Assembly: GCA_038232555.1 (NCBI GenBank)
Contig: JBBSHP010000001.1
Coordinates: 1-40,541, forward strand
DNA length: 40,541 bases
Origin: Bryobacterales bacterium
Lineage (GTDB): Bacteria > Acidobacteriota > Terriglobia > Bryobacterales > Bryobacteraceae
Reading direction: 5' to 3'
Shown: in pieces, positions 7,728 to 16,540 of the stretch
Layout of the letters: each line of letters starts with the position of its first letter
Numbering within the stretch: the first letter of the stretch is position 1
Translations under genes and position numbers: made by a program
Notes under the pieces: generated by a model
What the model was told of the DNA's origin: nothing
What the model saw: only the letters and a program-made list of their open reading frames with translations
Databases searched by the model: none

Positions 7728-9390
7728 GGGATGAACCTGCTGCCGCGCTCATCGATCCTTTGTTCAAGGCGAGGTCTTCTGAAGCGGGGGTGCCGATTTG
7801 CTTTTCGTCCTTTTCACTGGCCTCTTCGTGGTAATCCGTTTCGGTGTTAACGGACCAGATATTGTCTTTGTTGGTACGCCCTTCAGCGATGTTGTCGACG
7901 GCGATCATTGCGGTGAGCATCGAATGATCTTGATTGTTGTACTTATGCATTCCGTTTCGGCCTACCAGAAACAGATTCTCGAATCGATCCAAATATTGTC
8001 TTAGGACCGGGAAGCGGGAATAGCTTCCGAAATAAGCGGGGTAGGTCTTTGGCATGCGGATTACAGTCGAGTCCAACACATCCGCTTGTTCTATGATGCC
8101 GATTTTATCCAACTCGGCTGCGGCCAATTGTGCCATCTCGGCATCGGGCTTTCGCCATAGTTCATCGCCTTCGTAACAGAAATATTCGACGCCTACCCAG
8201 ACTGTGTTGGCATCCGCAACCATATAGGGGCTCCAGTTATTAAATATTTGAAGCCGTCCGGCCACTACATCTGGCTCCTGGATGTAGATCCAGTTGTCAC
8301 TGATCAACTTGCGGGACTGTTCGTGCCGATCATTGACTTTAAGCTTACTCAGCAAGAGGCCTACGGTGATAAAATCGCGATAGATCAGGCCATCGCTAAT
8401 CTCCCGAATCTGATCCGGCACTTCCGTTTGCATGTCGTTAATGAGTTCTTTTATCGGCAGCGTCGAAAAGAAAAAATCTCCTTCCAACCTCTGCGCTTCA
8501 CCAGTCGGGTCACCCAGGGCGGTGATGGCCGTGACGCGGTCCCCCTCGATATGAATCTTGGTCACGTTGAGGCCTGTCAGGATCTGCCCGCCTTTGGCGG
8601 TCACAATTCTAGCCACCTCCTCCCACATCTGACCGGGTCCGTATTTCGGGTACATGAACTGCTCGATCAGAGATGTCTCGGTGTTTTTTTGTGCGAGGTC
8701 CTTTCGGGTTCTAAACTTCTGCTTCACAAAATGTAATATCGTCTTCGTTACAGATAGGCCTTTGATCCGTTGCTCACCCCATTCAGCGCTGATCTCATTG
8801 CAAGGGACGCCCCAGACCTTTTCCGTATAGGATTTGAAAAAAGTGAGGTATAACTCCCGGCCAAAGCGATTGATAAAGAACTGCTCCAGACTATTCACGT
8901 TTCGAATCGGAAACAAAGCGCTTCGTACATAGCTGACCCCGATGCGGACTGTTCTGAGCGCCCCGAGCTTCACAAGCGTATCTTTACTGAGCCGGATGGG
9001 GTACTCAAAGAACTTGCGTAAAAAGTAAATTCTGGATTTCCTGCTTCTCAATAACATCACCCGATCCGCCGACTCCGGCGCACGCGCGTTTTCATTGCTC
9101 CGCACTGTGCGCGTAGATCCCTGATATGCGATCTGTTGCTCTTCGCCGGTTTGGCGTTGGAGCGGTAGGATGTTGAGCCACCATTCCATTACCCGGTCGG
9201 ATTTCGAGAAGAAACGATGGCCTCCGATATCCATCCTGTTTCCTTTGTAGTTGATGGTGCGGGAGATTCCCCCCATGTACGTGCTTTTCTCAATAACAAT
9301 TGGAATAATATCCGTTCGATGCAGCAATTCGTATGCCGCGGTTAGACCGGCTGGACCGGCGCCCATGATAATTGCTCGTCTGCGATTCAT
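7705..9390 (-). CDS. NAD(P)/FAD-dependent oxidoreductase (amine-oxidase/UDP-galactopyranose-mutase-like superfamily)
   Basis: N-terminal dinucleotide fold [17 protein letters not shown]...[10 protein letters not shown], then [15 protein letters not shown]. 561 aa with an acidic, low-complexity C-terminal tail. The subfamily cannot be resolved by eye. Confidence 0.75.
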   Translation of the reverse strand: MNRRRAIIMGAGPAGLTAAYELLHRTDIIPIVIEKSTYMGGISRTINYKGNRMDIGGHRFFSKSDRVMEWWLNILPLQRQTGEEQQIAYQGSTRTVRSNENARAPESADRVMLLRSRKSRIYFLRKFFEYPIRLSKDTLVKLGALRTVRIGVSYVRSALFPIRNVNSLEQFFINRFGRELYLTFFKSYTEKVWGVPCNEISAEWGEQRIKGLSVTKTILHFVKQKFRTRKDLAQKNTETSLIEQFMYPKYGPGQMWEEVARIVTAKGGQILTGLNVTKIHIEGDRVTAITALGDPTGEAQRLEGDFFFSTLPIKELINDMQTEVPDQIREISDGLIYRDFITVGLLLSKLKVNDRHEQSRKLISDNWIYIQEPDVVAGRLQIFNNWSPYMVADANTVWVGVEYFCYEGDELWRKPDAEMAQLAAAELDKIGIIEQADVLDSTVIRMPKTYPAYFGSYSRFPVLRQYLDRFENLFLVGRNGMHKYNNQDHSMLTAMIAVDNIAEGRTNKDNIWSVNTETDYHEEASEKDEKQIGTPASEDLALNKGSMSAAAGSSHDQPVQK

Positions 9391-9465
9391 AATTGTTTGA
9401 AGGTGTTGTGTGAGGTGTTAAGGCTGGCCGCGAGGCCGATCTACCGATCTTTACAGACCACTGTG

Positions 9466-11124
9466 TTAACGCAATTGGGATAGCTTAGGCGGGTTGAGAT
9501 CGGCCTCCAGCAGCCAAGTGTCGCGAGTGCCAAAATAATCAAGGAGTTCATGGTTCTTCGATGCTCCCATGTCGCGCGCCCATACAATCTTTGCACGATC
9601 GATATCAGCGCGGTTGTAAACCCATTCGTGAGTGTAGTCGTGGCCAGGAGCGTAGCGCACCAGAATTAAATGTTGGCGCGTACCCGCGCCCATGCGCTCT
9701 AGGATTTTGGTCCGTTCGACGGCCCAGGGTTGGTTAGAGGCCACATAGCCAGGCCGGTGCAGCAGCGATGCGGCTAGCAGACTGGCGTGAAAGGCCAGGA
9801 TTATCAGGACGCCCAACACTCCCAGCGGGACATAACGCCAGCGCCAAGCAGATAATCGTTCCATACTGAGAGCGATCAACGCATATATCAAACCCGCCAA
9901 AGGAGCGATGTAATGAGGATGCACCGCCGCGCCGAACAGCATTGCGGCAATAGATACGCCGCACGTCCACATGGCGACGCGGTTCCAGGGAGTTTTCAAC
10001 AGAAACGGAAGTCCGATGAGTGACACCGTCAAGACTGGACCCAGATAAAAGTTCCAGGAACCGGCGAGTTTCTTTAAGCTCGCTTTGGCGAAACCGGATA
10101 ATGAGCGCTGCTCGTGATATTCCGTAAGCAGGTGATCGTACATCTCTTCTATTTCCTTGTGCCGGAACATCGTCGGCTTAGATCCGGCATGCCCCAATAT
10201 AGTAAACGGCACGGGGAAATACGTTCTGGAATTTACCTGATAAGGCATCTGGAGCGGATCCCCTGTGACACGGAAATCGTATAGAGCCATCGCCGCCGCG
10301 GCTGGTATCAGGATCAGAGATGTAGAGATACCGATGCGATACCAATCGCGACCGGAGAAGCGCCTCACTGCCGGTATAAACAGGAACAGAAATAAAAATA
10401 AGATGAACGTTGTTAACACACCCTCGAAAGGTCTGGTGTTTGCCAGTATGGCAAGACCCAGACCCAAAAGGCAGCCCTCGCGGAAGCGGCGCCGAGCCGT
10501 TAACTGCCGTGCCGCGCCAAATACCAGTGCTCCGCCCAAAGCGGCAACCGACCCGCCCCAATAACTGTAATCCCAATATTGAGCTACCAGGCGAGTCATG
10601 CAAACGAATGCTCCCAATAGGGCCCAGGCAGGAGGAGTCCATTCTAATAACATCCAATAGATCGCCGCGCAGGCAGCGGCTGTACTAAGCCACACTCCAA
10701 TTATGGGGCGGCTAAATAGGCGCTGCCCGATTGCCAGTGCAGCTCCCTGTCCAGGAGGATATTTGGATGAATAGGTAGGTTGTTGATTGACAAAAATAGT
10801 TTCGAAGTGAACCCACATAGGATGGGCGGGGTTGGTGAGCCGGCCAGAAGCAAAAGTGTCCGAGGCTAAAAGATAGCAGAATTCGTCGAGTACAAACGGC
10901 ACCGGCGGGTTCCAGATAAGACTTCGGCCGGCCCCGAACGCAAATGCTATCACACCGATCAGAACGATCGAAGGCGCACGGCGTGAGGCAATTCGGCTCG
11001 AGGCCTCCAGCCCCCGGCAGAACCATCGATCCAACAAATCGCTGATCGGGGAAACTGCCCGGCCGAGACGATGGTTACTAGCCGCAAAGTCTGCGGTTTC
11101 ATGTTTCGGGATTTGAGTAGGCAT
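9466..11124 (-). CDS. Polytopic membrane protein, probable GT-C-like glycosyltransferase (tandem paralog 1)
   Basis: Loop after TM1: LDEFCYLLASDTFASGRLTNPAHPMW...YPPGQG. It resembles the ArnT pattern DExxYxxxAxxxxxSGxxxxP. It has at least 10 hydrophobic segments and a conserved soluble C-terminus (HEWVYNRADIDRAK). Collinear with the 11158-12741 product. Confidence 0.55.
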   Translation of the reverse strand: MPTQIPKHETADFAASNHRLGRAVSPISDLLDRWFCRGLEASSRIASRRAPSIVLIGVIAFAFGAGRSLIWNPPVPFVLDEFCYLLASDTFASGRLTNPAHPMWVHFETIFVNQQPTYSSKYPPGQGAALAIGQRLFSRPIIGVWLSTAAACAAIYWMLLEWTPPAWALLGAFVCMTRLVAQYWDYSYWGGSVAALGGALVFGAARQLTARRRFREGCLLGLGLAILANTRPFEGVLTTFILFLFLFLFIPAVRRFSGRDWYRIGISTSLILIPAAAAMALYDFRVTGDPLQMPYQVNSRTYFPVPFTILGHAGSKPTMFRHKEIEEMYDHLLTEYHEQRSLSGFAKASLKKLAGSWNFYLGPVLTVSLIGLPFLLKTPWNRVAMWTCGVSIAAMLFGAAVHPHYIAPLAGLIYALIALSMERLSAWRWRYVPLGVLGVLIILAFHASLLAASLLHRPGYVASNQPWAVERTKILERMGAGTRQHLILVRYAPGHDYTHEWVYNRADIDRAKIVWARDMGASKNHELLDYFGTRDTWLLEADLNPPKLSQLR

Positions 11125-11157
11125 GGAACAAGCGGCAAACGACAGCGTAGAGGTGGT

Positions 11158-12741
11158 TCACCGAAGCTGAGATAGACGAGGCGAGCTCAGATCGGGTTCG
11201 AGCAGCCATACCCGCCGGTCTTGGAAATAGCGAAGGAGCTGGTCATTATGGGCCGGGCCCAGGTCCCGCGCCCAAACCACTTTGGCGCGATCGATGTCGG
11301 CTCTGTTATAGACCCATTCGTGAATGACGTCATGGCCTGGCGAGTATCGCACCAATACTAGATGGCGATTCGGATGGTTGTTCAGCCGTTCGAGAAGGTC
11401 CGCTCGTTCGGTAGCCCAGGGTTGCCGCCAGACCACCGCGAGCTGGCCGCCCCAGCTCCGCGCTGGAGCAAATAGAAGAAATACATGGAGAGTCAAGATT
11501 CCCAAGATGATCAGCCCGCCGGCATGTATATTACGCCACCGCCATTGAGAGAAGCGCTTCATCGACTGTGCTATTAACACATAGATCAGGGCCGTAAGGG
11601 GCGCGACGTAATGGGGCAACACGGCTGTGCTGAACAGCAACCCGGCCGCGGTTGCCCCGCATGTAAATATTGCGAACCGGCTCCACTGGTCTCGTAGCAA
11701 GGACGGCAATGCAATCAACGGAATGGTTAGACATAGCCCGGCATAAAACGTCCAGTTCTCCCAAAACTTCCTCGCTGCCGCTCTTGCAAACCCCCGCAGC
11801 GAAAGCTGGTCGGCATATTCACGATACAAATTCTCATACTCACCCTCGATTTCCTTATTGTTGAAGATAGGCTTTGGACCAGGATGACCCAACAGAGAAA
11901 ACGGTACGGGAAAATATCTTTCAGCATTCACCTGGTACGGCATCCGCAAAGGGTTTCCAGTGACCCGCTGGTTGTAAACCGCCATAACCGCAAACGTAGG
12001 GACTAGAACGAGAAAGACCGGAAGGACCATGTCGCAAAAAAATAAGCGCCGGGAGGGAAGCGAATCTTTGCGCAAGCAGACCAGGAGCATAATCACGGCG
12101 CACGCCGTGACTAAACACCCTTCGTAGGGCCGCGTGTTGGCCAGGATCGCCAGGCCGAATCCCATTCGCAGACCATCGGCGAACCGGAACCGGTCCGGAA
12201 TTCGAGGAATTCCGTGAAACAAGAGAGCTCCGCCTAAAGCCGCCAGGGATCCACCCCAAAAGCTGTGCCCCCAGTATTGAGCTACCAGCCGGACCATTGC
12301 GATGAAGGCCCCGGCCAGAGCCCAAGCGCCCGGCGCCCATGCCAATAGCATCCAGCAGACGGCGGCGCAGGCGCATGCCGTGCTCAGCCAAACCGCAATA
12401 ATAGGATGGCCGAACAGCGCCTGCCCCGCCGCTAAGACCAAGCCTTGGCCCGGAGGGTATTTAGATGCGTAAGTGGGCTGCTGATTAATGTGAATGCTTT
12501 CAAAGTGAACCCACATTGGATGGGTCGGATTAGCCATCCGGCCTGAAGCAAAAGTATCCGCGGCTAGTAGATAAGAAAACTCATCCAGATATGAGGGAGC
12601 GGGAGTTCCCCAAATCAGGGCTCGGACGGCGCATAGCGTAAATGCCAGCACGCCAAACGTTGCAACGCACAGGTTGCCGCGTGATGCCAGGACGTCCAGC
12701 TTCTCAATGAATGGTAGGCGCGGTAGGGCTGAAGATAACAT
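11158..12741 (-). CDS. Polytopic membrane protein, probable GT-C-like glycosyltransferase (tandem paralog 2)
   Basis: LDEFSYLLAADTFASGRMANPTHPMWVHFESIHINQQPTYASKYPPGQG, with the same C-terminal block HEWVYNRADIDRAKVVWARD. The ATG start overlaps the UbiA-family gene by 38 nt. Confidence 0.55.
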   Translation of the reverse strand: MLSSALPRLPFIEKLDVLASRGNLCVATFGVLAFTLCAVRALIWGTPAPSYLDEFSYLLAADTFASGRMANPTHPMWVHFESIHINQQPTYASKYPPGQGLVLAAGQALFGHPIIAVWLSTACACAAVCWMLLAWAPGAWALAGAFIAMVRLVAQYWGHSFWGGSLAALGGALLFHGIPRIPDRFRFADGLRMGFGLAILANTRPYEGCLVTACAVIMLLVCLRKDSLPSRRLFFCDMVLPVFLVLVPTFAVMAVYNQRVTGNPLRMPYQVNAERYFPVPFSLLGHPGPKPIFNNKEIEGEYENLYREYADQLSLRGFARAAARKFWENWTFYAGLCLTIPLIALPSLLRDQWSRFAIFTCGATAAGLLFSTAVLPHYVAPLTALIYVLIAQSMKRFSQWRWRNIHAGGLIILGILTLHVFLLFAPARSWGGQLAVVWRQPWATERADLLERLNNHPNRHLVLVRYSPGHDVIHEWVYNRADIDRAKVVWARDLGPAHNDQLLRYFQDRRVWLLEPDLSSPRLSQLR

Positions 12742-13711
12742 TCAGAATCGGCATGTCGACCAGTAGCGCTAAAACCATCACGATCGAACAGGCAATCACC
12801 GCTATCATCAAGATGCGCTCGCGGTACAGGCCCTCGGGCCGCTGAACGACGCTATCCGGCTTGAAGGCTAAATCAAGATATACGGCCATCACTAGAGCCA
12901 TAAACGGGACCGATAGGATTAACTCCAGGCGGTATCGCATGATAAAAGCCCCAAAGAACAGCATCGCCGCGGAGCTATAGAACATCACGGACGCCAAAAG
13001 GCGCTCTTCCGTATAGAAACTGAAAGATTTTCGATAAGAGGCTGCCAGAAGCGGATTCCTAAGATCCCGGTATTCGGCATATCTCTTGAGAGCCATGAAG
13101 TAGCAGCCAACCATCCAATAGCTGAGCAGCAAGGAGGCTGGTGGAATGATTACGCTGGTGACGATAAACCATCCCGCGAGCATGCGTAGAGGATTGTTTA
13201 TAGATTCGGACAGGACGTCCAAATACGGCAGATCCTTGCTTCTAACGGGCGAAATGTTATAGACGCAGCCCATCACCCACAGTACGAACATCGTGGCCGT
13301 GAATCGAATCGAAACCGTCCATGCCAGCCCCATTCCCGCAATCATAAGCGCGATCCATTGCACATAAGCAAGCGGAATGTTGACCCGGCCCGAAGGCACT
13401 GGCCGTGAAAACTTGGTGGGATGCAGGCGATCAAATGGCGCATCCAGCACTTCGTTGATAACGTAATTGCTCGAAGCAATCAGGCAAGTCGATAAGAGGC
13501 CAAAAATAACACGCTGTAGCAGGCCGGGTGGGAATCTGGAAGTCTCAAGACTTAAAGCGACTACAATTCCAGGGAGTACAAATACATTCTTCACCCAATG
13601 ATCTGTGCGGGCTATCTCATAATGCGCTCGCAAACTGGGGCGTTGGGTCTCGGACGGCCTCCATTCGCCGCCTGATTCGCTTTTCCTGGCTTCAGCACTG
13701 GCGGAAGACAT
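12704..13711 (-). CDS. UbiA-family prenyltransferase with a decaprenyl-phosphate 5-phosphoribosyltransferase (DPPRS, Rv3806c-like) signature
   Basis: HWVKNVFVLPG near the N-terminus, and NYVINEVLDAPFDRLHPTKFSRPVPSGRV. The latter is NDxxD-type Asp-rich motif 1 followed by the HPxK..RP...G.V block that I associate with DPPRS. About 8 predicted TM segments, 335 aa. Confidence 0.7.
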   Translation of the reverse strand: MSSASAEARKSESGGEWRPSETQRPSLRAHYEIARTDHWVKNVFVLPGIVVALSLETSRFPPGLLQRVIFGLLSTCLIASSNYVINEVLDAPFDRLHPTKFSRPVPSGRVNIPLAYVQWIALMIAGMGLAWTVSIRFTATMFVLWVMGCVYNISPVRSKDLPYLDVLSESINNPLRMLAGWFIVTSVIIPPASLLLSYWMVGCYFMALKRYAEYRDLRNPLLAASYRKSFSFYTEERLLASVMFYSSAAMLFFGAFIMRYRLELILSVPFMALVMAVYLDLAFKPDSVVQRPEGLYRERILMIAVIACSIVMVLALLVDMPILNVIFSPTAPTIH

Positions 13712-14507
13712 TAGCTAGTTCCTTATAACCTGAGATTCCCATCCATTGCTTTTGTCTGCTTGCTTTCCGGCCTACGATCACGCATGATATACCCGCCGCG
13801 TCGGCAGCCACTCCGTCTACTTCGGGCCGATCCCCTATATACAGCACTTCGTCTTTGGCTACGGCCAAACGTTTCATTACCACCTCCAGCCCACGTGGAT
13901 GGGGCTTGAATACCTGAATATCGGCATCCTGCGCGCTTGCAATCACTTCAAAAAACCGCTCCAGTCCTAAAGCGTGAATCTTCCTGGTTGGATCGTAATC
14001 GGAAAGGGCGGCTAGTCGAATCCCAGAATTTTTAGCGTCCTGCAAAAACCCGATTAACCCCGAATAGATGGCGAGCGGAAGAAATGGGAGCGGTTCTTGC
14101 TCCATCCACCGGGTCACATATGCATTGACGATCTCAGGCGCCATACCGGTCCACTCACTCGTGAGACGAAGTTGGTCTCCCACAGTTTGTGAATCCGTCT
14201 GGGGGCTTCTGCGTAGCGTCTCCTGTGCGCGCCGATAGCTTCTTAGAATACGGATGGTCGAGATTCCTTGCAATGGACAGGTTAAATGGTGTTGAAGCAG
14301 CTTCCGAAACATGGCCCGGCGCACCCGCGCTTGGCCATACAGGGTGCCGTCGACATCCAGGATCACGGCTTTAAGCCGCGTAACATCTGGCAACAATTTT
14401 ATACTGAGCAACGGAGTTCGAGTGCCGATTGGCAGCTTTAATTCGCCTACTGAATTCAATTGCGCCACAAAGTTTGTTGGGATCTTTCCCAGGGAAGGCG
14501 TTTCCAC
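13692..14507 (-). CDS. HAD-superfamily hydrolase (phosphatase)
   Basis: Motif I ILDVDGTLY (DxDxT), motif II LAALSD, motif IV YIGDRPEVDG. The ORF-track start is a GTG at 14507, overlapping the upstream gene by 52 nt. In-frame TTG codons at about 14396 and 14393 would give a more typical short N-terminus, so the start is uncertain. Confidence 0.7.
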   Translation of the reverse strand: METPSLGKIPTNFVAQLNSVGELKLPIGTRTPLLSIKLLPDVTRLKAVILDVDGTLYGQARVRRAMFRKLLQHHLTCPLQGISTIRILRSYRRAQETLRRSPQTDSQTVGDQLRLTSEWTGMAPEIVNAYVTRWMEQEPLPFLPLAIYSGLIGFLQDAKNSGIRLAALSDYDPTRKIHALGLERFFEVIASAQDADIQVFKPHPRGLEVVMKRLAVAKDEVLYIGDRPEVDGVAADAAGISCVIVGRKASRQKQWMGISGYKELANVFRQC

Positions 14508-16534
14508 TCGACCCGATCCACATCGTACGTGGCTCCCGCCAATAGACTCTTGGTTGTAAATCGCAAAGTTACGGTCCTGTTCCGCTCAAAGGCAATGGGG
14601 AAAACAATCTCGGATTTGTAAGGCGGCAAGGATATCGGAATGCTCCTCGGCGAGCCCTCCGGTGTGACCAGATACCGGGGAGTTAATCCAATTAGAGGAA
14701 CTTTGGTCCATGGGTTCCGGACCGCATAGCTGAGTTTAACCACAGCAATCCTGTCTAATCCATTCCTGGATGGAATGACCACGCAATTGCAGTCTTTATT
14801 CAAGGTTAACGTCTCAAATTGCTGGCTTGGCGCAATCCAGTCGACCGGCTTGCGATGCCACAGCACCGCGTGCTCAATCTCCTCGAGCGGATCGTAGTTA
14901 TTGACGACATCTTCGAAAAATGGCCAATTCACGTTTTCAAGCCACTCTTCGTAGTCAAAGTACCGTTGAGAGATGGTCTGGACAAATTCCGGCTTCAGCT
15001 CTCGAAAAGCGGTGGAATAACGGCTCCGGCGTTCTGGTCCTACTTCCAATGTCAGGTAGTCTCCAACAGGATGGAAAATACCGTAGTGAGCTTCCAGCAA
15101 ACCGGCGTACGTGGACCAGAGCGAGAGAGGGCCGGTATTCTGACGGTGGCTGTCGATCACCCGCACCGATTCGGCCATGTAGCGATTCCAGGTGTCGCCC
15201 AGATACTTGCTATATGCTGGTCTCGCGGTGCGGATATGGCGGGCCAATGCACTCACGTTGCGAGCGGAAAAATAACTGAGCGGCAGTGCCGCTATCAGGC
15301 ACACGGCCAGGAATACCGAACCAAAGATGAGAGACCGGCGGCGCAACTGCCCTTCACTTTGAAAAGCTTGCGAAATTGCGCCGATGTTATGGGCAACCCA
15401 GATCACGGTTACCAGGATTAACACGCGGCATAACGGAAAGGTATAATGTCTTCCCAGCATGCCAAGAAGCGAAATACTCGATAACATGCCGTAGAAAAGC
15501 ATGATCGCTACAGGCAGTTCCCAGTCTGCCGAAATCCGCATCTTTCCCCTTACTATCCTCGGAAGCAACAAGAGTAGAAACACTCCGCCAACCAGAGTTG
15601 GCATAAAAGGTAACCAGTAATGGCGGGACGTAAGTAAATCCGCCCATGTACCGAGGAATGGATTTGGGGGGCTGCCGTCATACCAGAACTTATCCGCTGG
15701 TAGTTCGACCAGAGCATAATGTATAGCTTTTGACATTCCCTCGATTCCACAGAGTAAGGCGCCCAGTGCAAACGTACTAACGGTCGCAGTAAGCATAACC
15801 ACAGCGGTAAACCGGACATTTCGCCACAACGCAGTCTTAGCCTCGGTGTGTTGCCCGACCCCGAATCGAAAGAACTGAAAAGCCGAACAAGCGAGCGACA
15901 CAACAATGAAGGCGATCGTCAACGCGATCCCTTGCTCAAACCCGAGCAGCAGCCCTAGCGCAATGCACAGCCCGGTCCCAATTCCTTTCATCGTGTCGCT
16001 AAATCCTGCTTGCAGGAACGCAAATGCCAGAACGGGCGCGGTCGAACGCACTCCAATCAAGCTATTACCCGGGCCGGCGCTGAATGGAAATAGAATTTCC
16101 AGGATGAAGATCACCCCGGTCATCGCTATCAAGGCCCGGCCGAATTTCCTTGTGACTGCGTAAGTAAAACTAACGAGAGCAAGAACAAAAACCAGAAACG
16201 AGATCGCCTGCCGCGATAGTTCCGCCGCATTGATCGTTTTTCCAAACAGCGCAAAGAGAGGGTAGTGAAGGGCCGGAATTCCGAATCCAAGATAAGACGG
16301 GAAATCAAGTCCAGGGGTCTGACCCGCTGCCGTCCTCCTGAGCGAATTGAAGGTAGTGAAAGGACCATCGGCCGGGAACCCAGTGAACCAAAAAGCAGCC
16401 AAAACGCTACTTGAGACGTAAAAGGCGGACCAGGCGATCAGAAAGGCCAGAGCGCCGGTTTGCATGATCCGTTCCAGGTTCCAGCCAGAACCCACTGGGG
16501 AACGATATGTCTCGGAAATAGACGCGGGTATCAT
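14456..16534 (-). CDS. Large polytopic membrane protein with a roughly 250-aa C-terminal soluble domain; function unknown, possibly GT-C-like
   Basis: 692 aa, ATG start 6 nt after the PQQ gene stop. The first loop, DGPFTTFNSLRRTAAGQTPGLDFPSYLGFGIPALHYPLFALFG, loosely follows the G..P..DF..Y.P...LFG pattern of GT-C enzymes. I recognise no named family. Confidence 0.45.
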   Translation of the reverse strand: MIPASISETYRSPVGSGWNLERIMQTGALAFLIAWSAFYVSSSVLAAFWFTGFPADGPFTTFNSLRRTAAGQTPGLDFPSYLGFGIPALHYPLFALFGKTINAAELSRQAISFLVFVLALVSFTYAVTRKFGRALIAMTGVIFILEILFPFSAGPGNSLIGVRSTAPVLAFAFLQAGFSDTMKGIGTGLCIALGLLLGFEQGIALTIAFIVVSLACSAFQFFRFGVGQHTEAKTALWRNVRFTAVVMLTATVSTFALGALLCGIEGMSKAIHYALVELPADKFWYDGSPPNPFLGTWADLLTSRHYWLPFMPTLVGGVFLLLLLPRIVRGKMRISADWELPVAIMLFYGMLSSISLLGMLGRHYTFPLCRVLILVTVIWVAHNIGAISQAFQSEGQLRRRSLIFGSVFLAVCLIAALPLSYFSARNVSALARHIRTARPAYSKYLGDTWNRYMAESVRVIDSHRQNTGPLSLWSTYAGLLEAHYGIFHPVGDYLTLEVGPERRSRYSTAFRELKPEFVQTISQRYFDYEEWLENVNWPFFEDVVNNYDPLEEIEHAVLWHRKPVDWIAPSQQFETLTLNKDCNCVVIPSRNGLDRIAVVKLSYAVRNPWTKVPLIGLTPRYLVTPEGSPRSIPISLPPYKSEIVFPIAFERNRTVTLRFTTKSLLAGATYDVDRVEWKRLPWERSQQTLWRN

Positions 16535-16540
16535 TTCCGC

